NCBI RefSeq assembly: GCF_021054785.1
Contig: NZ_CP088239.1
Span: 930,001-962,000, forward strand
Direction of reading: 5' to 3'
DNA length: 32,000 nucleotides
Source: Tannockella kyphosi
GTDB taxonomy: Bacteria; Bacillota_I; Bacilli_A; Erysipelotrichales; Coprobacillaceae
Shown here: in pieces, positions 16,133-24,820 of the stretch
Numbering within the stretch: the first letter of the stretch is position 1
How the letters are laid out: the number at the start of each line of letters is the position of its first letter
The notes under the pieces: model-generated
Database searches by the model: none
Seen by the model: the letters and a program-made list of their open reading frames with translations, nothing else
What the model was told of the DNA's origin: nothing
Position numbers and translations under genes: made by a program

Positions 16133-17031
16133 TAGAAATATCCCTCTCTTTTTCGTCTTTCCATACTTCCAACTTCTTCACTATCAATAACACGTGTCGA
16201 TCTTTCAGAACAAACAGCACCTAAAGTTTCATTAATGATTTCATTAAGTGTTGAAGCATGTGAAACACAACCTCCTGTTAATGGATAGCACCCAAGTGTT
16301 CGAAAGCGAATACTTCCTACCTTTAGTTCTTCGTTAGGTAATAATTTCATTCGGTCATCATCAACACAAATAATATTACCTTCTCTTTCTACATAAGGTC
16401 TTTCTTTAGCAAAGTATAATGGTACAATTTCAATATTTTCTCTAGCAATATATTGCCAAATATCTTTTTCTGTCCAATTGGATAAAGGAAATACCCTCAA
16501 GCTTTCTCCTTGATTTATTTCCATGTTATATAATTTCCACATTTCAGGTCTTTGATTTTGTGGGTTCCACGTATGTTGAGCACTACGATGTGAGATAATA
16601 CGTTCTTTTGCTCTAGATTTTTCTTCATCTCTACGACCACCACATATAGCAGCATCAAAACCATAATGATCTAACCCTTTTTTTAATGCTTCTGTTTTCA
16701 TGATATCTGTATATGACTTACCATGATCAAAGGGATTGATATTTTTAGATACACCTTCTTCGTTACGATACGTATACATTTTGATACCTAATTCATTTGC
16801 TCTTTTATCTTTGAATGAAATCATTTCTTTAAATTTCCACGTTGTGTCAATATGTAAAAAAGGAAATGGTGGTTTTTCAGGATAAAACGCTTTTAATGCC
16901 AAGTGTAACATTACACTACTATCCTTACCTATAGAATATAACATTGCAGGATTTTGACATTCTGACACTACTTCTCTAATAATATAAATCGCTTCTGCTT
17001 CTAATTGATCCAAATATGTTAATTTTTCCAC
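16132..17031 (-). CDS. cysD: Sulfate adenylyltransferase subunit 2
   Basis: PP-loop SIGKDSSV. A strong family-typical C-terminus ([12 protein letters not shown]...SERSTRVID...[12 protein letters not shown]). GTG start at 17029-17031 with AGGGGGA 8 nt upstream. Confidence 0.9.
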   Translation of the reverse strand: MEKLTYLDQLEAEAIYIIREVVSECQNPAMLYSIGKDSSVMLHLALKAFYPEKPPFPFLHIDTTWKFKEMISFKDKRANELGIKMYTYRNEEGVSKNINPFDHGKSYTDIMKTEALKKGLDHYGFDAAICGGRRDEEKSRAKERIISHRSAQHTWNPQNQRPEMWKLYNMEINQGESLRVFPLSNWTEKDIWQYIARENIEIVPLYFAKERPYVEREGNIICVDDDRMKLLPNEELKVGSIRFRTLGCYPLTGGCVSHASTLNEIINETLGAVCSERSTRVIDSEEVGSMERRKREGYF

Positions 17032-17213
17032 GGTTCTTGTCCCCCTAAAGTACCATCCAACAAATTTAATAATATTAAATGAATAAGATTTCCTACTATC
17101 AATAGTTAAAAATAATTAAGATTAAGATAACTATTGTAAAGATGGCTATATTCATCTTACTTTATTAAACATTAATTAATTCATTGAAATTTGTTGAAAA
17201 TGTGTACTATTGT

Positions 17214-17249
17214 GTGAAAATAAAAAACATATCTTTAGAATATGTTTTT
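17214..17249 (-). terminator. Weak AT-rich hairpin, possible terminator of the upstream hydrolase-like gene
   Basis: Perfect 10-bp stem aaaaacatat (17223-17232) / atatgttttt (17240-17249) with only one G:C pair. T-rich on both sides. Confidence 0.35.
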
Positions 17250-17357
17250 ATAGTTGATTTTATTTTGATGTTTCATAGGAGAAACTAAGTTATTACTATT
17301 AATTTTATCTTTAAGAGTGGCACTGATCCCTAGTCACTATATCAATTTTATAAAAGT

Positions 17358-18095
17358 CTATGCATTATCTTGTAACCATTCTTGATACATAAGAGGGATC
17401 CTTTCATTAAAATTCCTATATTCAACACAACAATGGTCCGCCATGCCCTGTGCTTGCTTTTGTGTAAGTAACAATTTCTTTAGTATTTTATTTTTTACAT
17501 TCTTTCCAAGCCAAAACCGACTAACAAGTAGTAAACCTTTTTCTGTTTTGAAAAAAACATGAGACATCTCTGTATTTGGAATTAACCCTTTAAATGCACC
17601 AACATGGCCACAGATAATGACCTCCACATCTTGTTTTTCCATAATGTTCTTAGAGAATCCAAATTCATTAGGTTGTACAAATTCAATGCTTAATGGTGCT
17701 AACAATGATCCTACTCTTTCTACTGGATACTGTGTATTAGGTTGAAATTCAGGAGTGGTTTTTTGTTGGAAATATCCTAAATCTTTTTTTGCATAACTGA
17801 TACTTTTATGTTCTCCAGGATACCATGCTTGATATCGTTTACTATTTTGTGGATGCCACCAAAACCACCAGCTTACCATTTCTTTAGTAACATCAGGCAT
17901 CGGTGTATACATTGAAACTAAATAGGATTCATCATCCATTTTGACACAACCACACTCAAGTCGTAATTCTTCTTTTTCCAAAATATCATTCTTATCCTTA
18001 AATTGAGTTTTTGTAATGTTACCATTATATATGTTTTGTTTTATATCCTTTGGTATATCACAGTTTTTCATACTCATGTATTTATCTAAATTCAT
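17358..18095 (-). CDS. Hypothetical hydrolase; possibly DAPG (PhlG)/phloretin-hydrolase-like
   Basis: Clean 245-aa ORF with an AAGGAG SD. The Trp-rich WWFWWHPQ...YPGEH block and the size are reminiscent of the PhlG/phloretin hydrolase family as I remember it. Not verified. Confidence 0.3.
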   Translation of the reverse strand: MNLDKYMSMKNCDIPKDIKQNIYNGNITKTQFKDKNDILEKEELRLECGCVKMDDESYLVSMYTPMPDVTKEMVSWWFWWHPQNSKRYQAWYPGEHKSISYAKKDLGYFQQKTTPEFQPNTQYPVERVGSLLAPLSIEFVQPNEFGFSKNIMEKQDVEVIICGHVGAFKGLIPNTEMSHVFFKTEKGLLLVSRFWLGKNVKNKILKKLLLTQKQAQGMADHCCVEYRNFNERIPLMYQEWLQDNA

Positions 18096-18220
18096 TATTA
18101 TCTCCTTTGTTTAACAAGCTATTTATATTATATCGCTTTCTAATAATTTATACTATTCGAAACAATATAGAATTAGTCTTTTTATTTCTAGAATATCAAA
18201 ATAACCAATAATGCCTTAGT

Positions 18221-18927
18221 TTAGTCTTTATCTTTACGTATTAAATAATTTATTAAATCTCGAAACATCAATCCAAGAGTAAATGTTGTTAGAAAACTTG
18301 GCTTTACTTTCTCTGGTTGTCTTGTGATATTAACTCCAAAAAGTGTTGCAATAGCTTTATCTTCATCAACTAAAAGCTGTATGTTTTCATTTGAAAAAAT
18401 CACTTTTTTATCAATTGCTTTTTTAATAAAGTTATATCTATCTGTATTATTTGATAAGGACATTGCAATATCAATCACTTCATTTTCATCACCAAAATCT
18501 TTTACTTTATTCACAATTAAATTTTGTTGATTCTTATCTAATTGAAAAAACTTATTATAAAAAATAGACCAAGGAAGATCTTCCAAGTTATAATTTAATA
18601 ATTCTAGGATATCTTTTTCAAAAAGCATCGTATAATCTTGTAAATAAATAATTTGTTCCGCTGTGAATTTATCAATACATTGATTTATCAATAAAACAAC
18701 TGTTTCTTTATTAACGTATTCACAAATGTTTATGATTTGTTGAGAATTAAAATAGACTCTTTGATTTAGTGCTTTTCTAATAAGTTTAGATGCTCCTTTG
18801 TCATCGAATTTTCCACAATTTCAATGATTTCATCAACAGATGTAAAATCAGATAGAGAAGATATTCTATTAAGTTGTGTACTTTCTGCCCAACTATAAAA
18901 GTTTTCATAATAATATATCCATTTCAT
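18221..18927 (-). pseudogene. Frameshifted gene of unknown function (about 235 codons if repaired)
   Basis: ATG at 18925-18927 with an AAGGAG SD opens a frame (MKWIYYYENFYSWAE...) that stops at 18766-18768. The track ORF 18221-18691 has no ATG (its start is a TTG). Its frame stays open upstream to 18820 (NCGKFDDKGASKLIRKAL...). A single-nt indel within 18769-18820 would fuse the two frames. Confidence 0.5.
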
Positions 18928-19007
18928 AGAGCTCTCCTTTTATTTACTTTATATCATAATTATACATTATGTTGATAAAAAAATATCATTTTATATTCTT
19001 TGCAATC

Positions 19008-19105
19008 ACCAACATATTCTTGATAAATATTCCATAGACTTACTTGATCACTCACAAATACATGAGTCACTGGTCAATAAGTTTTCTACTTTGGATGATG
19101 GGTAG
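19008..19105 (-). pseudogene. Orphan, degenerate copy of the spoIVB 3' end (remnant B)
   Basis: Alignable to 24846-24941. It reads LPIIQSRKLID, then after a frame break PVTHVFVSDQVSLWNIYQEYV. The intact gene reads [33 protein letters not shown]. 23 of the first 29 nt are identical (hand count). Confidence 0.6.
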
Positions 19106-19134
19106 TCAAGTAAAGAACAACATTTTTATTGCAC

Positions 19135-20058
19135 CTAATCTAAGATCGATAAAAACATATCCAATCGTTCATTAATATACCCTGCAAATAACTTTTCCAT
19201 CTCACGCAAATTATGTTTTCCATGATATTCATCAAATGCATTATAATAACTTAAACGGTCAGTGAATTTAATATCAATAGGAGGAAATCCATGTTTCATT
19301 AGTTCTAAATTTACAAGCAATCGTCCACTTCTTCCATTCCCATCAATAAAAGGATAAATGGCTTCGAATTCAATGTGAAACCGTGCCATTTTTGTTGCGA
19401 TATGTTCTTCGCTCTCTTGATACTCTATCAACAATTTTTCCATTTGTGGAGTAATTAAATATGGTTGCATTGGTTCATGGTTTGCCCCTAAAATCAAAAC
19501 TGGCACTTTGCGATAAACACCTCTATCATCTTTTTTGTCAGATAACACGAGATAGTGAATTTGTTTTATGATACTCTCTGATAATGGCATATCGTCTTTC
19601 ACTAAATCTCTTCCAAAATAGAATGCTTCTCTATGCCCCACTGCTTCCATATGATCTTTTAATGGTTTTTTATCAATCGTCAGCCCGCGAAGAACCATGT
19701 CTGTTTCTCGTAATGTTAGGGTATTCCCTTCAATTGTATTGGAGTTATATGTATACTCTATTGCAAATTGCTCCATTAATCGATGTACTTCTCCTTGTGT
19801 AAGGGGTCTTTTGGCATCTAGTTCTACTTTCTTTCGGTCAATCATAGTTAACAGGCTTTCACTTGTTTTCAATCTAGCATCGATAGGTTTATGGGCTGTT
19901 TGCGGTATTCGCCAACTTCTTCCCTCTTGATATGCTCCAGATATTTTCCCCTCTGCACATAAAGTTCTTACACGTCTATCTGATATATTCCATTTTCTGC
20001 AACTTGTTTTACGTTTAAATACATATTCTTCGCTCCAATCTAATCCTATTATACCCAT
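19135..20058 (-). CDS. Fic/DOC family protein with an N-terminal HTH; active-site His replaced by Tyr
   Basis: YPFIDGNGRSGR, where Fic proteins have HPFxDGNGRxxR (codon TAT at 19354-19356). SNTIEGN block. N-terminal WNISDRRVRTLCAEGKISGAYQEGRSWRIP HTH. There is no SD before the ATG, and a TAA lies immediately upstream. Confidence 0.8.
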   Translation of the reverse strand: MGIIGLDWSEEYVFKRKTSCRKWNISDRRVRTLCAEGKISGAYQEGRSWRIPQTAHKPIDARLKTSESLLTMIDRKKVELDAKRPLTQGEVHRLMEQFAIEYTYNSNTIEGNTLTLRETDMVLRGLTIDKKPLKDHMEAVGHREAFYFGRDLVKDDMPLSESIIKQIHYLVLSDKKDDRGVYRKVPVLILGANHEPMQPYLITPQMEKLLIEYQESEEHIATKMARFHIEFEAIYPFIDGNGRSGRLLVNLELMKHGFPPIDIKFTDRLSYYNAFDEYHGKHNLREMEKLFAGYINERLDMFLSILD

Positions 20059-20059
20059 T

Positions 20060-20088
20060 TATCGGAACGATATCAATGCTATCGGAAC
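20060..20088. repeat. 9-bp direct repeat TATCGGAAC x2, 20 bp apart, abutting the Fic start codon
   Basis: Copies at 20060-20068 and 20080-20088, read directly from the sequence. Confidence 0.6.
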
Positions 20089-20154
20089 AATACAACTTTA
20101 CTCATTTATATCCATGTTAATCCAACAACATTTGTTGTTTTGGCTTATGCTTTA

Positions 20155-20209
20155 CAAAATCTATGGTATGAAATAGAACGAAGCAAAAGGCTCGTCCTAT
20201 TTCATACCA
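20155..20209 (-). terminator. Orphan terminator hairpin behind spoIVB remnant C
   Basis: Perfect 13-bp stem tggtatgaaatag (20164-20176) / ctatttcatacca (20197-20209). On the minus strand it begins 4 nt after the remnant's stop and is followed by TAGATTTTGT. Confidence 0.5.
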
Positions 20210-20212
20210 ATA

Positions 20213-20296
20213 TTAGTTTCCTAGTTTCTGGGAAGTCTTCAACATATTCTCAATAAATATTCCATAGCCTTGACTTGGATCATTCACAAACGACTA
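20213..20296 (-). pseudogene. Orphan copy of the last ~25 codons of spoIVB (remnant C)
   Basis: It reads [26 protein letters not shown]; the intact gene ends [24 protein letters not shown]. 20241-20290 vs 24846-24895 gives 41/50 identical, ungapped (hand count). The frame is closed by a TAG just upstream, at 20294-20296. Confidence 0.7.
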
Positions 20297-20985
20297 TGTC
20301 AAGCAAGGACTAAAAAAAATACCTTTTTTGATTTTCACTATTTTTCTCATTTAAATCCACTAACTTCTTATCTCCATCAAAACATCTTCTGGTATAAATA
20401 ATTCAAATAATAGAATCACTTATACCAAAAGACATAATTACTAATATATCTTTTAGTTTAATCCCCCAGCCGGGTTACATATGCTTGAATAGCTTATTCA
20501 CCACAATATAAAGCAATTCCCATTCGCTTTATATTAGTGCCACCTCTATCCATTTTTTCTCGAAGGATAGGTGCTAGTAATATTTCATTATCTCCTGCTG
20601 CAACGTAGGTAAGTAAATTCTATGGCTCAGTATCTTTAGGGTTGGACAGTAAAAGTGCTACTGCAGAAACTTCAACGCACGATTAGGAATTCACAACCTT
20701 CTATACAAATCATAAAAGGCGAAAACATTATCTAGTCATATGATTGTCCTATTTAATTATCAAGGTTCCGTATCTCTTGTTTGTTTCAAGAGTATATATA
20801 AAGTCTGCCTCATTCTTTTTGTTATTACGATTACCTACGTTTAGAACTTTTAACTCTTCCAATTACATATAGGTAATATTTTCTTCTTTCCAACAATAAA
20901 GAGCCGTTGTTCACTTACCAATTATTTGATAAATGTACAACAGCTCATCATGCTGGAATTATTCTTTAATTTTGTTTTCTCATCA

Positions 20986-21876
20986 TTATATTTTTGCCAC
21001 TATAAGCTTCTCTTTTGCATGATCTTGATACAATGATGGAAGTAATTTATCAAATACATAGCATAACACCAATGTAAGAACTGCTCCAACAATTGTCCAA
21101 AGTACCCTTTGCCCCACAATACTATAGCTTAAATCACCGCTTGCCAAAATATTGGCAGTTGTTGCGTGCATGCCAATGCACGCACTACCCATAATATACT
21201 TATTCGGCATGAAAAATCCAATTCCAATCATTGTGATAATAGCAACCGCAATTAACACCACCATGTTTGCATCCCAAAACACTAATCCACCAAGAACAAT
21301 CATACTAATCAGTGCACCGATAATTCTTCTGTTCCCCCTGGTCCAAATTTTCCCGTATTCTCCATCAATCAACACGGCGCTTGCAGATATAATGAGCCAA
21401 TATCCTCTGTGATCATATACAAGATATCCAACCCAGCAAACAACAAAAATAATCAAGCAGTGTATCCGTGTTCTTTGAATTATCATGCGATTTTCCTTGA
21501 AGAAGGTTTTATATTTGCACATTGCACCTTGAGATATACTATCAGCAGAATGTAATGGTGCACCTTTTTTACGAAGCCTAATAAATGTAAACACAAGTAG
21601 AATTACAGTGAATAGCAATCCCCATTTTACAATATCAGCCACAGCTTGCACTCCGCCAGCTTGATTATTTACGATTAAATAAAGAAGCCCAATGTGAAAG
21701 TAATAAGGGAATTTGTTATTTCTCACACTCCAAAAAATATAGGAACACCCATAAATCAAGGTGAACAAAAAAGGAACAAATATGGTATACTGCGCCGTGA
21801 TTGCGCCCAATACACAAACTAGCATAAGACATAAACATCCCACGAAATTCGATCTCATTTTCGATAAAATTGACAC
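20986..21876 (-). CDS. Integral membrane protein (about 8 TM; possible exporter), divergent from the TetR gene
   Basis: 296-aa hydrophobic ORF. GTG start at 21874-21876 with AGGAGG 8 nt upstream. Visibly higher G+C than the flanking DNA. Confidence 0.55.
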   Translation of the reverse strand: MSILSKMRSNFVGCLCLMLVCVLGAITAQYTIFVPFLFTLIYGCSYIFWSVRNNKFPYYFHIGLLYLIVNNQAGGVQAVADIVKWGLLFTVILLVFTFIRLRKKGAPLHSADSISQGAMCKYKTFFKENRMIIQRTRIHCLIIFVVCWVGYLVYDHRGYWLIISASAVLIDGEYGKIWTRGNRRIIGALISMIVLGGLVFWDANMVVLIAVAIITMIGIGFFMPNKYIMGSACIGMHATTANILASGDLSYSIVGQRVLWTIVGAVLTLVLCYVFDKLLPSLYQDHAKEKLIVAKI

Positions 21877-21890
21877 TAATAATTCCTCCT

Positions 21891-21910
21891 ATTAAATCGT
21901 ATTAAATCGT
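21891..21910. repeat. Perfect 10-bp tandem duplication attaaatcgt x2 in the 5' leader of the membrane-protein gene
   Basis: Read directly: 21891-21900 is identical to 21901-21910. Confidence 0.8.
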
Positions 21911-21956
21911 TGATGTACAGAATCTTTTTCTATACTTGATTAAGTTTATAGTATCT

Positions 21957-21988
21957 GTTATAGTTGTAACACATGTTACAACTATAAC
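21957..21988. promoter_or_regulatory. 32-bp palindrome; candidate TetR operator in the divergent intergenic region
   Basis: gttatagttgtaaca-ca-tgttacaactataac has two perfect 15-bp arms. It lies between the divergently transcribed membrane-protein and TetR genes. Confidence 0.6.
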
Positions 21989-22053
21989 AAATCAGAAATT
22001 TAAATGGAAGATACACAATCTTCTATTTTGTTACAGTTTGGAGGCTCTAACGT

Positions 22054-22572
22054 ATGAAACAATCTGAAAGAAGCAAGCAATGGTTAGCAGATTCATTGCT
22101 TATTCTCATAAAAGACACGCCTTATAACCAGATTACTATCACCGACATAACGGAGAAAGCTGGCGTATCAAGACTTACTTTTTATAGAAATTTTGAAAAC
22201 AAAGAAGATATTTTAAAGTTTCATTTCGACCGTGTATTCTCTGAATATATTTCATCAATTCAAGGAGACGAATTCGATTTAGAACAGGCTTTAGCTCAGT
22301 GTTTCTGTTTTTGGCAGAATTTAACACCTGAAATTAAAGTATGTCTACAAAACGACCTTCATAAGGTTATGTATCGTCCGCTAGAAGAATACTTAAATGT
22401 TGTTTTGTCGAAAGGACAATATAGCGATTCATTTACTCGAGTACAAAAGACATTTATTATTGGAGGTCTTTTTTCTTCTATGGTATCTTTTACAGACGAA
22501 AGCTCTGAAGAAACTCCCGAAGAAATGGCGAAGGCTGTACTAGGGATACTCAATCATAAACGAGCTCTCTAA
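22054..22572 (+). CDS. TetR/AcrR family transcriptional regulator
   Basis: N-terminal HTH YNQITITDITEKAGVSRLTFYRNFENKEDIL. GGAGG SD. The only convincing plus-strand gene in the window. Confidence 0.85.
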   Translation: MKQSERSKQWLADSLLILIKDTPYNQITITDITEKAGVSRLTFYRNFENKEDILKFHFDRVFSEYISSIQGDEFDLEQALAQCFCFWQNLTPEIKVCLQNDLHKVMYRPLEEYLNVVLSKGQYSDSFTRVQKTFIIGGLFSSMVSFTDESSEETPEEMAKAVLGILNHKRAL

Positions 22573-22625
22573 AAATCCAATATTGCAACAGAAGATAATT
22601 ACATTAGGATATTTTTGACACAAGA

Positions 22626-22660
22626 AAACAACCTAGCAGAATTTTCTGTTTAGGTTGTTT
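22626..22660. terminator. Bidirectional terminator hairpin between the convergent TetR and GNAT genes
   Basis: 10-bp stem aaacaaccta (22626-22635) / taggttgttt (22651-22660), plus an inner caga/tctg extension. T-rich 3' flank on the plus strand. Confidence 0.55.
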
Positions 22661-22679
22661 GTTGTTCATTATATATCCT

Positions 22680-23141
22680 TCAGAATATATCATATTTTTT
22701 CTTGTATAAAATTCTATTTCCTCCATCACCATCAATTACACCAGAATTTTCAAAACTCATTTTTTTATAAAAACGATTAGCTATAGGCGATGATACAAAA
22801 CACTCAAGTATTATTTCTTTATTGGTTTTAGATATTTCTCTTGTAGCATAGTCTAAAAGTTTTTGTCCAACGCCCTTGCCCCAATGTTCATTATCCACTG
22901 ATAATCTTTGTATTTCATTTCCCTCTATGAAAACAAATCCAATTACTTTATCATCACATAATGCAACACTTGCATTTTCATATATACTTGATAAATCACT
23001 GTCACAAGCACCACTTTCTATATATCCGTCTGCTAACTCATCTCCAAGATGTGTTCTTTCATATATATTTACATTTTTACGCCCAGGTTCTAATACCGCA
23101 CTTTTATCATTGTCACTTGCTTTTCTAATTTCAACTTCCAT
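22680..23141 (-). CDS. GNAT family N-acetyltransferase
   Basis: Acetyl-CoA motif QRLSVDNEHWGKGVGQKLL, plus ANRFYKKMSF. Start placed at the ATG at 23139-23141 (MEVEIRK), with AGGAGG 6 nt upstream. Confidence 0.8.
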   Translation of the reverse strand: MEVEIRKASDNDKSAVLEPGRKNVNIYERTHLGDELADGYIESGACDSDLSSIYENASVALCDDKVIGFVFIEGNEIQRLSVDNEHWGKGVGQKLLDYATREISKTNKEIILECFVSSPIANRFYKKMSFENSGVIDGDGGNRILYKKKYDIF

Positions 23142-23284
23142 GATTACCTCCTGTCCTTTATAATACCTTAACACAAACTCAATAAATATGTCTATCAGTG
23201 CTAGGAATTATCTTTGACACCATTTTTACACCATCTAAAAATCACTTCTTCAATTTTTGATAAAAGAATTTCTCCAGAACCCTT

Positions 23285-24343
23285 CTATTCTTCCGTGAGC
23301 TTTTTAATTGATTGTTCTATATCTTCTATAGATGGTAGTGCACTTTCAATCTCCGTTGGTAATAGTTTTGATAATTGGTATTCTGATATTCCAATCGGAA
23401 CACTACTTGCTTCGACTGCATATTGTGCCATTACATTATCTTTTGTTTTACAAATAATAAGTCCTATCGTAGGATTATCTACATCCTTTTTTAATTGATG
23501 ATTAATAGCCACCACATAAGTCCCTATCTGACCTAAATGAGATGCATCAAATTCTCCTATTTTTAAATCTATTACAATATAACATCTTAAGTTCATATGA
23601 TAAAATAATAAGTCTACAATTACTTCTTTTTCTCCGATAACTAGTGGCTGCTGACGACCTATATATGCAAATCCTTGTCCAAGTTCTAATAAAAACTTTG
23701 TAATATTACTTGTCAATGCATCTTCTAATTCTTTTTCTCTATATCCTTCTGTCAATGTAATAAAGTCAAAATTATATGGATCTTTTATTGCCTCTTTTGC
23801 TAAATCGCTCTGAATTTCAGGTAAATGCACCTCAAAATTTGTAATTGCTTTTCCTCTTGCTGCATATAAATTTACACTCAAATAATTTAGTAGCATTGAT
23901 CTGCTCCAACCATTTTCAATTGTTTTATTCACATAAAAAATTGCTTCCTGCACATCTTTACACTTTGTCATAATTAAAATATGATGCCCCCAAGGTATCA
24001 TACATATTTGTTTTAAATCGTCAACAAGCTGTTGACGATTTTCTTCCGACAAACAATAAAACTCATAAAAACGCTTCATATATTTTAAATTAGTAACCGA
24101 AAATCCTTTGACATCAGGAAATTCTTTCTTCATTGAAAAACTCATCGTGCGATAAAATCCAATCCCCCATACGGATTCCACCTTCTTTTGAGAAATTTCT
24201 TTACCTATTTCTAAATACATTCTAATCATTTCTGTATTAACTTGAACAGCTGCCTTTAATTGACTTACATGTACTAATCGCTTTATATCGTTTATCCATA
24301 TCTGATATTCTTCATTATTTACAATTTTCAAATCATTATTCAT
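23285..24343 (-). CDS. DUF1016 / YhcG-type PDDEXK nuclease-domain protein
   Basis: 352 aa. Family-typical N-terminal half (WGHHILIM, ENGWSRSML). The C-terminal restriction-endonuclease-like core is VDLLFYH...VIDLKIGEF...GQ. Confidence 0.75.
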   Translation of the reverse strand: MNNDLKIVNNEEYQIWINDIKRLVHVSQLKAAVQVNTEMIRMYLEIGKEISQKKVESVWGIGFYRTMSFSMKKEFPDVKGFSVTNLKYMKRFYEFYCLSEENRQQLVDDLKQICMIPWGHHILIMTKCKDVQEAIFYVNKTIENGWSRSMLLNYLSVNLYAARGKAITNFEVHLPEIQSDLAKEAIKDPYNFDFITLTEGYREKELEDALTSNITKFLLELGQGFAYIGRQQPLVIGEKEVIVDLLFYHMNLRCYIVIDLKIGEFDASHLGQIGTYVVAINHQLKKDVDNPTIGLIICKTKDNVMAQYAVEASSVPIGISEYQLSKLLPTEIESALPSIEDIEQSIKKLTEE

Positions 24344-24761
24344 CTTTATTCCTTTCTCATAATATTCATTTGATCCATCGCTCTATGGTATCCCATGCTC
24401 CTTTATTACGTAGCCTTACTTTTTGTTGCTCTGCTACTGTTAAAACTCTACTTTCTGTTTTGGTCTAATTGTTTTAAATTCTTTCTCTTTTAAGTCTTTA
24501 CCCATTTCTTACCATCCTTTCAATAGAAATGGAGTAAACTAGCATGTTGTAATTATACCACCAGTTTACCCCAGAATCCAGACTTAGGAATTACCGTTTT
24601 TGCGTCTCAAAATTATTTCTTGATTTTCTTCTTTTGTTTTATGTTTCTTCATATGAAACCTCTATCATTTTTATGATATTAGTTTATAGAAATAATGGTT
24701 CTACGCTAGGTGTTTGAATAGACGCTTACATAAAAACCATTCAAAAGCTGCTACAAAAGCT

Positions 24762-24810
24762 AAGTAAAAACAAGCTAGTAGTATTAGCTACTCACTACCA
24801 GCTTGTTTTT
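24762..24810 (-). terminator. Rho-independent terminator of the intact spoIVB
   Basis: 16-bp stem aaaaacaagctagtag (24766-24781) / ctaccagcttgttttt (24795-24810), 15/16 paired, with a 13-nt loop. The 3' arm on the minus strand ends in T5. Confidence 0.7.
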
Positions 24811-24820
24811 ATTCCATAAG

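Noticed and set aside
17047-17060. TTGGATGGTAC in the cysD leader (minus strand) resembles the T-box core GGGTGGTAC.
   Set aside because: Only about 20 nt separate it from the start codon. I saw no specifier hairpin and no terminator/antiterminator pair, and cysD is not a usual T-box target. In AT-rich DNA a 9-mer near-match is not meaningful. I saw no S-box features either.
22359-23498. Track ORFs 22359-22553 (-), 22876-23163 (+) and 23214-23498 (+).
   Set aside because: They run antisense to, or overlap, the TetR, GNAT and YhcG-like genes. They are Ser/Ile-rich shadow translations without ribosome-binding sites.
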